Of a DNA stretch of 64,000 bases, positions 27,406-40,500 are shown piece by piece; the stretch's first letter is position 1, and every line of letters starts with the position of its first letter. A program made the position numbers and the translations under genes. The stretch lies in the NCBI GenBank assembly GCA_963727825.1, contig CAVSHO010000011.1, positions 151,854-215,853 of the forward strand, given 5' to 3'. The notes beneath the pieces were generated by a model that was not told the DNA's origin, ran no database searches, and saw only the letters and a list, made by a program, of their open reading frames with translations. This DNA comes from Ignavibacteriota bacterium. GTDB lineage: Bacteria; Bacteroidota; Ignavibacteria; UBA10030.

Positions 27406-28020
27406 TTATGGATATGTTGAGTAATTAACAGAGACACTTATTGTTCCAGTATAATATCCCGCATTCACATTGCCCACAGGCCCTAACTTTCCATACAGAA
27501 ATATATATGCCGTTGCAGAGGGAGCTGTATATCCACCGTGTGCAGGAGTTGGGGGCGGTGCAGGTACACCCGCAGTCCTTCGAAGCATCGGAAGTGTTAT
27601 TGCGGAAAATCCTGCAGGGACTTCAACAGCACTCGTCTTTGCCGTGGCCGCATCGCTACTTCCAAGATTTGAATAGGCGAAGTTACAGGTGAACGGTATC
27701 TGGCTGCTCGCTCCTGCAGTCATGTACATAGGAGCGGATATTGTTACCGTAATATCCCTCGTCGCATCACCTACAATTGTAATATACTGAGTTTCGTTGT
27801 CGGTCAATGTGATAGTGACTGTTGCACTGCTGTTGCTAACAATTTCCGGTTGCTTATCATTAAAGTTCAAAGTAGCACCATTACTTGCGACCAGAGAAAT
27901 GCCCACAGAAGTTGTATAGGCACCAAAATTTATTTTTTGTGCAACTCCAAAGCTGATCACAAACACACTCAATAGTATCAGCATTCCCCATCGTTTCAGT
28001 ATGTGTGTAAGCGAGATCAT
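27406..28020 (-). CDS. DUF4402/SCPU-like pilin subunit (204 aa)
   Basis: Signal peptide; LNFNDKQPEIV, TVTITL and C-terminal AGYYTGTISVSVNYSTYP (the G-x-Y-x-G-T-x-x-V-x-V-x-Y pilin tail). Confidence 0.5.
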   Translation of the reverse strand: MISLTHILKRWGMLILLSVFVISFGVAQKINFGAYTTSVGISLVASNGATLNFNDKQPEIVSNSSATVTITLTDNETQYITIVGDATRDITVTISAPMYMTAGASSQIPFTCNFAYSNLGSSDAATAKTSAVEVPAGFSAITLPMLRRTAGVPAPPPTPAHGGYTAPSATAYIFLYGKLGPVGNVNAGYYTGTISVSVNYSTYP

Positions 28021-28520
28021 AAAATGTACTCTACATCGATTTTCAGTTCCATTGTGTAATTACCGGGCATAATGTCTTCAAGGCCTGAAAGTTGTCCTCC
28101 CACCCACAGATAATACTCTCCCCTATCACTCAGCTTGACTTCATTCTGCGTGAGAAGGATCGATTCCTTCTGGATATTATAAGTATTTCCGCTGACATTG
28201 TAGGTGAAGAAAAGTTGCGATTGGCCGTTTTCGTGCCGCAGAATCGATTGTTTTTCATTTGTAATCCGCACGAGACTGTTCGGAGAGCCGACGATTTTTA
28301 TCATTCCAGAATGCAAGTCTCTTTGTGGGTCAATATTGAGATCTGTCGGCGAGAGATTGCCAACTTCAAATTCCAGGTCCTTCATCACAATCAGATCTAC
28401 ATTGCCAACAACATTTGCGGAGGCAGTGATCCTTGCCACAACCTGATCCGTATTTTGTGCTTCTGCAATGTACCCGATAAGCAAGCTGATCGCAAGTAAA
28501 TATGTCAAATATTTTATCAT
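28017..28520 (-). CDS. DUF4402/SCPU-like pilin subunit (167 aa)
   Basis: Signal peptide LLAISLLIGYIAEAQ; ITASANVVGNVDLIVMKDLEFEVGNL, YYLWVGGQL and C-terminal PGNYTMELKIDVEYIL. There is a 4-nt overlap with the giant gene stop. Confidence 0.55.
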   Translation of the reverse strand: MIKYLTYLLAISLLIGYIAEAQNTDQVVARITASANVVGNVDLIVMKDLEFEVGNLSPTDLNIDPQRDLHSGMIKIVGSPNSLVRITNEKQSILRHENGQSQLFFTYNVSGNTYNIQKESILLTQNEVKLSDRGEYYLWVGGQLSGLEDIMPGNYTMELKIDVEYIL

Positions 28521-31500
28521 TTAAGTACAACCATTTTTTTAGTTTGTGTTTTTTCTGCCGCGGTCATCCTGCAGAAATATACGCCGCTGGCAACATTTGA
28601 TGCATTCCACACCACGAGATGATTCCCGGCTGAGTATTCCTGATCAGTCACAGTGGCGACTTGCTGGCCCAGGATATTGAATACCCGGATCGTTACGCGC
28701 GTTTGTGCTGGAATTGAAAAAGTAATGTTCGTCGTCGGGTTAAACGGGTTCGGATAGTTCTGTGCCAGTTGAGGAGTAGTCGGAAAATATCCTGACAAAC
28801 TATTGTTTGCCGAGACAACCAGACGGAAACGGGACTCTGAAGCGCTGCTCTTCGCTAATTTGGCAGCGGGAACTGTCTGCACGACAGGCTGTGGTAATGC
28901 ATGTAATGATTGACGATTCGATGCAACACCAGATCCCTTTTGTAAAAGACTACTGCTCGACGATATCAAGTCGGCTGGTGTAGTGTACTGGAATGTCAGG
29001 TCGCCCGCTTCTATCATTGAGGCCGCTGTCCCGGAGACATCGTCCATAAGAAAGATGTTCCAGCCAACAGGAAGCTGTCCGTTCAAATTCCAACTAAGTG
29101 TAAATGAGCCGTTAAACGGTTGACCACCAACTGTCCCGCCAACGTACAACGGAAGTGTGAACGGTTGAACAAAACCTGTATCGGGTAAATTCTGGATTTG
29201 CATAGCGGGCTGGCCCGTTCCGGCAACAGAGTAAAGTATTAAATAATTATCAGAGAGCGGAACCAAACTGAACGCATCGTACGGATCGTATGTTATCTTT
29301 CCGCTGGGGCTGAACATCAAGTACGCTTGCGTTTGAAGCCCATTAGCTGAGAGCTCTAATTCGAGAACAGGCGCCGAATCATTGATACCCAAACTTTTCT
29401 TGTCGGATGTGTTTTTTGCAAGTGAGGCCGGCTTCGCGATGCTCGTGCTTTTCTTCCCGGCAGAATCCGGCGAGACAGATGCCAACGTGCCTTTACCTGC
29501 AGATTTCTTTCCGAGGAAGTTGCCCCCTGTCGCTTTCACTCTATTGTCGCATTTCAGTGAGGGACTGGCGGCGTTTGCTTTCACCCAGAATGCTTGAAAT
29601 GGTGTTATCAATCCACCTGTAATATTTCCCGTTGAGCCATTCCAATATTTGTAGTTGCTCGTGGCTGGATCCCAAATATAAATTGTTCCATCAATGTTCG
29701 TCTTTGTCCACCCTGACCCCGCATTCCAATTGATCGTGGAAGGAGTCGGGTTGCCGACCAGGTTCCAACCTCCATCGATAGAGTCGATATCTGTAAAAGT
29801 TTTGCTTTTTGATGTATCATTGGAACCTACCGGCGTCGCAGTGACGCCAAAATCGAATGCCGAGGTTAGCAGATTCTCCGTACCTGTGGCAGTCATCGTT
29901 AGCGGAAGGACATCGCTGTAATTGCTGGCTATATCAGGTCTGAGCGCACCATTAAATACATAGTACATGTATCCCCTTCCCAACTTAACGGCAACGGAAT
30001 CCATTCTCCACGCCTGCAACGATGTGCCCTGACTCGTTTCATCCCACCACAGCAGATTGGGTTGCAGAGAGGGATAACTCGATCCCGTAAAGCCCTGTGT
30101 GACGAAGGGTGCTGCAAACATTGAACTGACTGTTACGCTATCGGGAGCGGCGAGCATGCGCCATCCTTCGGTTCCGGTTATCGTGTACATCACCTGAAGT
30201 GTAGGTGCACTGCTGCTGAGGTTGATATAGTTCGATCCTTCATTGATAATTATTTTTCCTGCGGAAATAGAAGCGCCGGATTCGATTTTGAGATTTGAAC
30301 CGGAACCGATATATACATTGTTGGTCACACTAAAACTATTATTATTATCAAACGATCCACCATTGTCTACTATTAAACTCGTAATTGTTACACTGGTGTT
30401 TAAAGTGTCTGCAAAATTATTGCTGATATGTACCGTATCAATTGACATCGGCACCCTATAATTCCAGGTAGCAGCGTTACTCCAATCTCCGCTTGCAATT
30501 GAGGTAATTAGAAGAGGCATAATATTTATGCCACCTATTGTAAAGAAATGATTATCGAGGTTTACGAGTGTCGAAGTGGCAACCGTACCCGAAGTCTGTC
30601 CATTGTCAGTAACAACCTGACCGACAGCATTCCAAGGAATAAGCCATTCGACCACCCTTGTAAGAGCGCGTGTTGATGCCGAGCTGCTCATTCCTGTGTA
30701 TTGGTCCCAGCTTAAAACAACATTTGCGCTTCCACCTGATGGACCAATAATATTCCAATATTCATTATTCACAACTGATTGTAATGGAGATACCATCTGT
30801 GTAGTGTTATATCCAGCGGTTGTAGGATCCTTATCAAAAAATTGTGCCGTCCAAGTTTGTGTTCCTGAAGTAGAAGTGCTATTTACTGAAACATATCCAA
30901 TCCGGTTTCGGCTTGAGGAATTTGCATCTCCAACCGGAAATTGGAACGATGAGCCATTAATTATTTTCTTACTTAGCGGCCCGTTTACAAATGAATTATC
31001 GCTTCCACCAACAACAGCACTTGAACTTGTATTGGTAATAGTCAGGATATTGTTGGCAATGTTATTAAAATTAATGTTTCCCAATGTCAGCAGAAGCTGA
31101 TCGCTTATATCAACAGTTCCGGTATTAATAGTTAGTCCCGCAGCATTATTTATTTCGAGGTCATAGAATGTCTCTTTCATAGAATTACCAGACATCAAAA
31201 TACTTTGTGCTGCCGAACCGCTGAAATGCACAGCACCTGTTCCAGCAGTAAAGCCAGCAATACTCGTGTTTTGATCAATCCAGTTTCCAAGAACGAAAAG
31301 GTCTTTATTGTATAGAGTATTATCCAATCTGCTGCCATCAGAAATTGTTATGTTGCCATTTATCTTTGTATCAACGCTACTGATGTACTTTTTGCCGGTT
31401 CCTGAGAATATTACTTGTTGATAAGGTTTATTTATATTTCCCGGATTTAAAGGCATTGTGCCATCAGTGTTCCCATAAAACTCAACAGTACTTGGTAAGT

Positions 31501-34500
31501 TCGCAAGAAATAAATCGTACGATCCGCCTGGGAATATGAATATAGCACTGCCAGTAGGTGACATACGTATTTTTCCTGTACCTGATACCTGCCCGATATT
31601 ATTAGATACCGTATTCGTTGCATCGAGCACTCCTTCGATATCTACTGAAGATGCAAGCGCTCCATTAACGCTAATAGTTACAGTGTGGGGAGCATTTATA
31701 ACAACCGAGTGGCCATTTGGGACAAAGGAAGGAGACCAAACTGTTGCATCATTCCAATTTCCTGATTTTGTGCTATATAATATCGGTAATGAAATAAATT
31801 GATCTCCAATCGTATACGATCCATCTAAGAGCGAAGTGCTGCTAAAAGAAAATGTTGGAGAACTTATTGTTCCTGGTGTAACAGTTGTCCATGCGGCTGT
31901 AGAATTATCGCACCGTTCAATATTCGCAGGACTTCCAGTTACATCAGCGGGGATGTACGTGTACGAATGCGTTACATTATAAGTTGATGGCGAAAAGCCT
32001 GTTGTTACCACCTTCCAATAGTAATTCAAATAATTTGAATAGTTTGCAGGATTAATTGATGGGTGTAAATCATCTATTGGAATGACGTTTATGGTTGCTC
32101 CTGCCGCATTAGTATTGGCGGTAAAGTTATATGTGCAGGGAGTGTATTTTCCATTAGCACCTATAGGATAAGTAAACGATGAAGCGCCGTTCGGGAATAT
32201 CTTTGTAACTCCTATATCACCTAATACACCATTAAGAATAACATGGTTTGTTCCACTGGCACCTACAATTATAACGCTTTGCCCAAAAGTCAAAGAATAA
32301 TTATCGATGTATAAATTACCATTAGTAAACTTGAGCTGACCGTTAATCGTCGAATTGTCGGTCATATTAACGCCATGCCCGCTGTTGTTGATTTCAATGT
32401 TACCGAAAATTCCGCTTCCGCTGCCTGTCATCCCCTGGTTGGCTGTTCCCTTAAAAATCATTCCACCGCTTGTTGAAGAACTGTAGTGAGTAGCGTTGTT
32501 GTTAACATTATTCAATAAGGTTATTGTATTTCCATTGTCGTTCAACGTGCCGGAGCTTAATGTCAAATCACCGTTAATGGTGATATTGCTGCTGCTTAAT
32601 GATATGCTATGCCCGGCAGCAGTGGAGACATCCAAATTAGCGAAGTTAGTAATATTAGAAGGAGAAGTTGTGCCGGTTATGGTTTGGTCAGTGCTTCCTA
32701 CAAAACCGGTGGATTGCGTAAGCACCTGAGTTTGATAACCACCGACATTGAGTCCAACAGTAGATGTTGTATTGTTATTTATCAAATTCCCGCCGATAGT
32801 GACATTAAGTCCATTAGTATTATAATAACTTGATGTTCCACCGATAGTCAAACTTCCGACAAGAGTTAATGGATATATTTCCTGTATTGCCGATGATTTT
32901 GTCGTCGCTTCGAGTGTAAGGTTTCCTATAGAACATGAAGATTGGAAATAGAACAATGTACTAGCAGGTGTAACACCCGAATATCCAAACTGTATCGTGC
33001 CACCGGTGACATTTTCAATGTCGGGATCTAAATACAAATCATAAGGAGAGCTATTATTGATATCATTGGCAATTATGATCGTGCCATTGCTCACGGTAAA
33101 CTTGCTTCCGCCATTTAGTACTTCAAACACGGCTCTTGACGTACTAGCATTTTTACCACCTATGGTAACGGTCCCACCTGTTTGTGTATAATTCAATGAA
33201 CCAGAGGTGGTTCCTGTTCCGCGCCTTATTTGTGAATAGACATTGAGAGATCCGCCTGAGATAATAATTTCAGGAGTGCCTGCCGAAGCATAGACAGTAT
33301 TAAAAGCATTGGCAGATGCTGATGCTATAGCTGGGCCAATATTGACTGCTCCTGCAATTATTTCCAACCGGCCAACAAGAGATAAATCAGCTGCCGCAGC
33401 ACCAGTGGCTATATTAAATGTACCTCCATTCGCAGAAAGACATGCCGTGCTCGGTATTGAGAAACCGCCTACAGAAAGAGGCATTGTCACGTTTGAAGTT
33501 AATCTGAACGTCCCGTTCTGCAAATTAAGACCGCCACCGCCCATTTGAAAACCTGTAGGATCGACATTAACATTTAAGATAGAATCTTTTGATGTGCCTT
33601 TATTGACTGTTATGCCGTATAAGCGTGTTCGTGTCGGTGTAGAAGTACTGGTAAGAGATTTACTTAATGAACCTGTAAAAATAAGAGTACAATAATAATT
33701 ATCATTAGTCGGATAGTTCGAGTCTAAATCAAATGTTCCGTTATTAATTATGTTTCCATAAACTGTTAAAGTGTTTGCTACTGAATTACCACCATTTCTA
33801 ACTTGCAGCACTCCACCGGACGCAATGTTAATATCGTTATCGGCAATTACGTACTCGGCAAGATTGTTCTGGTATTGTAATATTCCGTACTGATTTATAT
33901 TGATATTACCTTTTACTTCTATAGTTGTTGAGCTTGCACCGGCGTTAATCTGCGTTATGCAATTTGATGTGCCGCCCCCGGATGAACATCCCGCTGTCAA
34001 ATTATTATAAATCGTCAAGTTTGAATTAGGCAAAATTATATTCGATGCATTATAAGGTGAAGTAATAAGATTATAGTACCCGGTAATATTCGCTGTACCT
34101 CCACCGGGCAAAGTATACGTTGTCGGTAATGTAAGTGTCCCTGCGGCAGCCTGATAATATTCCACCGTCCCACCGGAAGGTCCTAAGAAATTTCCCCAGT
34201 CGCCAGCAGGGAAATATGTTGAGCTGGCAATTCTCAATGTTCCACTACCCGTAGAAATTGAGCCGAAACTATGTCCATTTATAATTCCTAAATCGAGTGT
34301 TGAACCGGATTCAATAGTTAAGCTGCTTGAAGAAGCTGCTACTGGAGTTGTAACTGTGTAAGGACTGCAAATGATTACCAGAGTACCAGCGGTAGGTGTG
34401 CCACCACCACCAATGCCGCCTCTTGTTGTGGACCAAGTATTAGCATTATTCCAAGGACCACTCACAACACTATATAAAGTAGGGATGGCACCAAATGCTG

Positions 34501-37500
34501 TAGCAGGATCACCGGCTGTATATTCTCCGTCAGCAATACTTGTATTATAGGTGACCTGGTTTGTAGTGGTATTCACTCCACTTGTAGTTAATGAACTCCA
34601 GCTTGAACCATTATAAAGGGCAGGAACATAATTTCCTTCAGTGCCGGCTACAAAATAATTAGATGCGGCATAATCGTAATAATAAATATTGATAACCGAA
34701 CTGGCCGGAATACCTGTGAAGCCAGTACTGGTTGCCTTCCAGTAGCAAGTTAAAGCATTATTAGAACCTTGCGCTAACGGATGCCTTCCATTAACAGGGT
34801 GTGTTGTTACCGTTCCATAGGCAGTTGGCGCAGTAGTGAATTGTATCGAGTGCGGCATATAATAGTATGTTGCATTCGTATAAAAACCAAACGGAAAAAC
34901 AAAAGCCAATGTATTGGCATAAGTTTTACTTACCCCTCCGTCGGAAAGCAAGCCGCTGGTTTGAATCATCTTGTTATTGTTAAAAGTCGTACCAATATTT
35001 ACATCGGAATAAACCATAGAATTTGCGCCTAATGCAAGGCGATAGCTGCCAATATTAAGTATATTCCACACGCCTGTTGTTGTACCAGCCAATCTTAAAT
35101 TACCTGTAACAGCCATATTAGCTGTAGCAGTAACAGAACCGCCCGTTTTATTTAATGTCAGGTTATTGAAAATTCCTGCTCCGTTTCCACTCAGCGTTTG
35201 CGCTGCGGTACCAGTCAGAATTATAGCGCCTGTACTGACTCGGCTTATGTGTGTTCCGCTATTAATAATATTTCCGTATACAGTGACAGTTTCGCCGCTG
35301 TCATTCAGAACCGAGTTCTGATCTATAAAGAGCGCACCGTTCACAATCACATTATTATTAATAATTGAGGTAAGGGATGAGTTTGTAATAGTAAGATTGT
35401 TCAGTCCACCTGTAATGGTTCCTACATTATTGAAAGCTTGAGCGCCTGTACTGTTAAATGTTGTTGTCGAAGTCGTACTAGGCGTGTACGTGCCTCCTGA
35501 CGAAATAGTAAAATTATGTCCCACGTTCAGACTAATAGTACTTGTGTTCAAGTTTAATACAGAAAGGTTGCCAATGGTTAGATCATGCAAGACACTAAGG
35601 CTCGAACCTGGTGTATTCCATTGAACAGTTGTAGTCCCTGTTCCAGTCCGGTTTGATATATTCACATTATAAAATGGGACTGTTGAATTTGCCGTGTAGA
35701 CGGTAGCAGAGCTTGGTACGTTAATATTTATTGTTCCACCGGTAACATTATAATTTCCTGCTTGAGATTCAATATCCATAATTTGGAAATCTGTAGTACC
35801 ACCAGAAAAAGTATTATTCGTAAAATTGATTGTTCCCCCGCTCATAGTAAAGGAAGAATTTACATTACTAAGTCCAAACATCGGCCCTGCATGGTTTTCT
35901 CCCAGTAATTGGAAGTTCGCTGTTCCACCTGTTTGTATATAACTCATCTGATTAGTGCCACCTGTGGAAGTCCATACCTGACTAGCAACCAATGTGCCGG
36001 TTCCTTCGATCATAATTACAGGTGTTCCTAATGTTCCTAAAACCATACCGGCTGCATCGCCCATAGAAAACGAACCCCCACTTAGACGCAATGTGCCGTA
36101 CAATGTAGCCGCCTGATAGCCGGTTCCATTAACGCCTGATAAAGTGGTTGAAACAGTAGCGCCATTAACCCATAATTCAGCAGTAGGTATAATATTAAAG
36201 TCTTGTCCGCCTTCTGTTAGAGATGGGACGTTAATATTTGCATCGAGCTTCAGCGTACCATAATGAATAAAGAGCGCCTTATAATATGCTCCATATCCAA
36301 AGCCCTCTGGTTGACCATCAAACTGGTTATTACCCTGGTTATTGGGAGCGTAAAGAGCAAAATTACTCGTACTGGAAGAATTGACTTCTAATGTATAGGT
36401 CTTGTCTGTTCCTTTTTCTACGATAAGTCTGAAAAAGTCTGTTGTTCCATTACAAGTGACAGTATTGTTTGTTGCACCATGGAAGAAAACCTGAACATCG
36501 CCACAATTTGTTCCGCCCCAGGCCGTCGTTGTAAGTATATAGTATGCACTACTGTCCGGTGATGGCAACCCTGTAAAACGAATAGAACCATTATTCACCA
36601 AATTGCCGTATAGTGATAATGTGTGGACACCAGAATAAGTTACGGGAAGTGCCGGCACCGCAGTCGGATTAGGAATTCCGTGCGCAGTTGCAAAATTATT
36701 TACCCTGACATTGCATCCGGCATCGACAGTAAAATCTCCATAGACAGTCATGTTGATAAGGCTATCTGAAGGTGTCAAATTGCCAAAATAGAGTGTCTGG
36801 GTTCCCGACGAATAATTTTTTACACTCAAATTTCCATTAATAGTATATGTTATAGGGCCAGCGTTGTTGCTAAAGAAGTAAGAACTGATTGCACTCGTAG
36901 TATTATTTGAAATTATCAAATTGTTGTACGTAAAGGGAGACGGAGTAGCGGGGGGGATGCTGACACCATTAAGATTGTAGAACTCTATCGTTCCACCGCC
37001 GCTTGCAACAAAACTCGTATAAGTTCCACCGGGGAAAGTATTAGAACTAAGCTTTATTTTCCCTTGTCCTGATACCGTTCCAAAATTATGTCCGGTAGTG
37101 GACCCAATGTCAAGAATGCCCCCTGAATTAACTGTGAGTGTATTTACTTGTTTAGTATTCGCGCTGATAGAAATTGTTCGGCCATTGAGAATGGTAACGA
37201 TATCTGAATTTGCTGGAACACCGGAATTTATCAACGTTGTACCTGAAGGATCTGATGTCCAGGAAGATGCATTGTTCCAATCGCCCGATTGATACGAATA
37301 ATATGTATTCGAAGTTGACGGTGCAGAAGAGCCGGCGGTCCACTTTCCTGAAATCGATGCAGCCGATGCACCGGATGTGTCTGTTCCAAATGGATTAGCA
37401 GCAAGTGCTGTGTGTGTGCCAGGTGCTGATACCCAGGATGATCCGCCGTTATACCAGGTATCATATAGCGATCGTCCACCGGGCGCTTCGGCATTATTAT

Positions 37501-40500
37501 ATGTAAATCTTAATTTCGTGTTTATAGCTGAGTATCCAGCGCTGATCGTGAGTGTCCAATACTTGCTTAAAGTATTTGCGCCTTGATTCACAGTAGTTGC
37601 ACTGATTTGGAGATTTCCGGTACCGGTTGCGGTAAAACCACCGATGGTAAGATCCAAAGGATCATAATACCCGCCTGACCCGACAGGATAAACGATGCCA
37701 ATACCAGTACCGCCGGTTCCGCCTGCTTTTTGTAAATAACCGGTGCCACTGGTTTGAATCATGGCTGTGGTACTATATGATCCTGCAATGGCATTTGCGG
37801 CTTGATTGCTTAGAAGTAAATTATAGTTGCCGATGGTTAAAACGCCGGAAGTCAGAGTCAAGGTACTGGAAACTGTGAGCGTGCAAGCCAGAACAACAGA
37901 CATGCCGCTTGTCTGATTCAGTGTAAGATTGTTAAACGTCTGACTTGCTGCCGTTCCGTTAATGTTTTGCGAGCCAGTGCCATCGAAGACAACCGTTCCG
38001 GTTCCGTATGTAAACGTCCCACCGTTGTTCGTCCAGTCACCGGCGATATTGTGTGTAAATGCGCCACTTGTGAATGTTGTCCCCGATCCTATCACAACAT
38101 TTCCACCGATAGTCAAACCGACAACTCCCGTTGTTGTTGCAGTGCCGCTTAATGTCAGATTGCCACCGATCGCAGTGGTGCCGGTTTGTAGAGTCTTAGC
38201 ACCACTGTTACTGAGGGTGAGATTATAATAATTAGTATTAATAACTGTCTGTGTACCTGCATATCCGTAATTAACTGTATTTCCAGTTGCTGTGGCAATA
38301 AAATCCGCAGCTGGAATACCTGGAGTCCCTGTAAAATTAATATTTATGGTGCCAGTGGTTCCATTAGTTAAGGTGCCTGTGCCAGATTGAGCTAATGCCG
38401 TTGTGACGGTTAATGTTCCATTGTTCGTATATGTACCGCTCACCGTGACGCTCGGAATTGAAATGGGATTTGTTCCACCAATCGTTTTTGTGGCACCAGA
38501 GAATGTTTGCACACCCGTGCTGGCGGTGTATGTTCCGTTATTTGTGAGACTCCCCGCAATACCAACAACCGCTGCTCCATTTTCAGTTAATGTACCGTAT
38601 ATCGTAACATCGGAACTAAAGGTAAGTGCTTCTGCCACGCTTTCTGTAAAATTACCCCCACTATTAATAGTCACTGCGCCAGTAAATGTCTTTGTGCCGG
38701 TTGTAGAAGTTATTGAGAGTGTTCCGCTCATTCCTCCACCGACGGTGGTTGTACCGTTTACTGTCAAATTGAAACCTGCCACAGTAAATGTCGTTCCATC
38801 TCCAATAACAAGACTTCCGACGGTCAAACCAACGACTGTTGTCGCAGATGCAGTTCCACTCAACGTCAAAGCACCGCTAATCGTTATCGTACCGGTTTGC
38901 AATGTTTTCGCACTGGTGTTGCTTAATGTTAAATTGTAATAATTAGTATTAATAACTGTTTGTGTACCTGCATATCCGTAATTAACTGTATTTCCATTTG
39001 TTGTGGCAATAAAATCCGCAGCTGGAATACCTGGAGTCCCTGTAAAATTAATATTTATGGTGCCGGCGGCTCCGTTAGTTAATGTGCCTGTGCCAGATTG
39101 AGCTAATGCTGTTGTGACGGTTAAAGTTCCATTGTTCGTATATGTACCGCTCACCGTGACGCTCGGAATTGAAATGGTACTCGTTCCACCAATTGTTTTC
39201 AATGAACCAGAAAATGTATGCACACCCGTGTTTGCAGTGAACGTTCCGTTGTCTGTGAAATTACCGGCAACACTGACAGTCGCTGCCACGGATTCCGTTA
39301 GTGTGCCGCCGCTGTTTATGGTAATATCCGAACCAAATGTGACCGCGGCAACAGTACCACTCAATGTTATAGAACCGCCATTATTGATAGTTACAGCGCC
39401 TGTAAAGGTATATGTATGGTTCTGAGTAATAGATATTGGGCCGCTTACAGAAGCAGTGCCACCCACACTAAAATTGAAATTTCCAATCGTGAGCGTCGTG
39501 CCGGAGCCGACGTTAAGATTGCCGCCGACAGCCAAATTGGACGTAGTAGTTGTCGATACTGTACCACTCAGAGTCATATTCCCGTTGATCGCTGTCGTAT
39601 TGTTCTGCAGAACATCTGTTCCGCTTCCGCTTAATGTAAGATTATAATAAGTCGTAGAATTAATCGTTTGTGATGCACCACTGTAATTAACCGTTCCGGC
39701 TGTATTGGCAGTAAGAGTGGTAATTGTAGGTACGGTGTTATCGCTAATGTTAAGTGTACCAGTGTTGGTAAGAGCAGTAATTGTGCCCGAACTGACAAGG
39801 TTAGTTGTGCCAGAGTTGGTAATACCAGCAATAGTGCCAGTGCCATTGAGATTAAGCGTACCAGTGTTTGTAAAATTAGCAAGAGCTGTACTAATTGCAC
39901 CAGAACCACTGATAGCTGTTGTTCCTGCATTTGTAAGAGTGGTAACTGAGCAAGTTCCACCAATATTCAGTGTGCCTGTCGAACTATTGCTCATTGTACC
40001 TGTACCAGCTAACGCTGTGCCAACAGTCAATGTTGCATTGTTTGTGTACGTGCCGTTAACTGTGACGCTTGGGATGGAAATCGCATTTGTTCCGTTAATA
40101 GTCTTTGTCGTTCCGGAAAATGTATGCACACCTGTGCTGGCGGTGTATGTTCCGTTATTTGTGAAACTTCCTGCAATACCAACAACCGCAGTCGTATTCT
40201 CCGTTAATGCACCGCCGTTATTAATAATAACATCCGAACCAAATGAAAGCGTGGCAGCAGCACTCTCAGTGATAGCGCCGCCGTTATTGATTGTTACAGC
40301 GCCGATGAAGGTCTGAGTGTTTGTTGCAGCTGTAGATATCGCCAGCGTACCACCTGTTCCGCCACCTACAGTAGTTGTGCCCATTACAGTAAGTGCATAT
40401 GTAGCGTTAGATGTAAATGTCGTTCCATCTCCTATCGAAAGATTGCCGCCGATGGTAGTTGCAATACCTGTACTGGTATTCGTACTTCCACTTGTACTAA

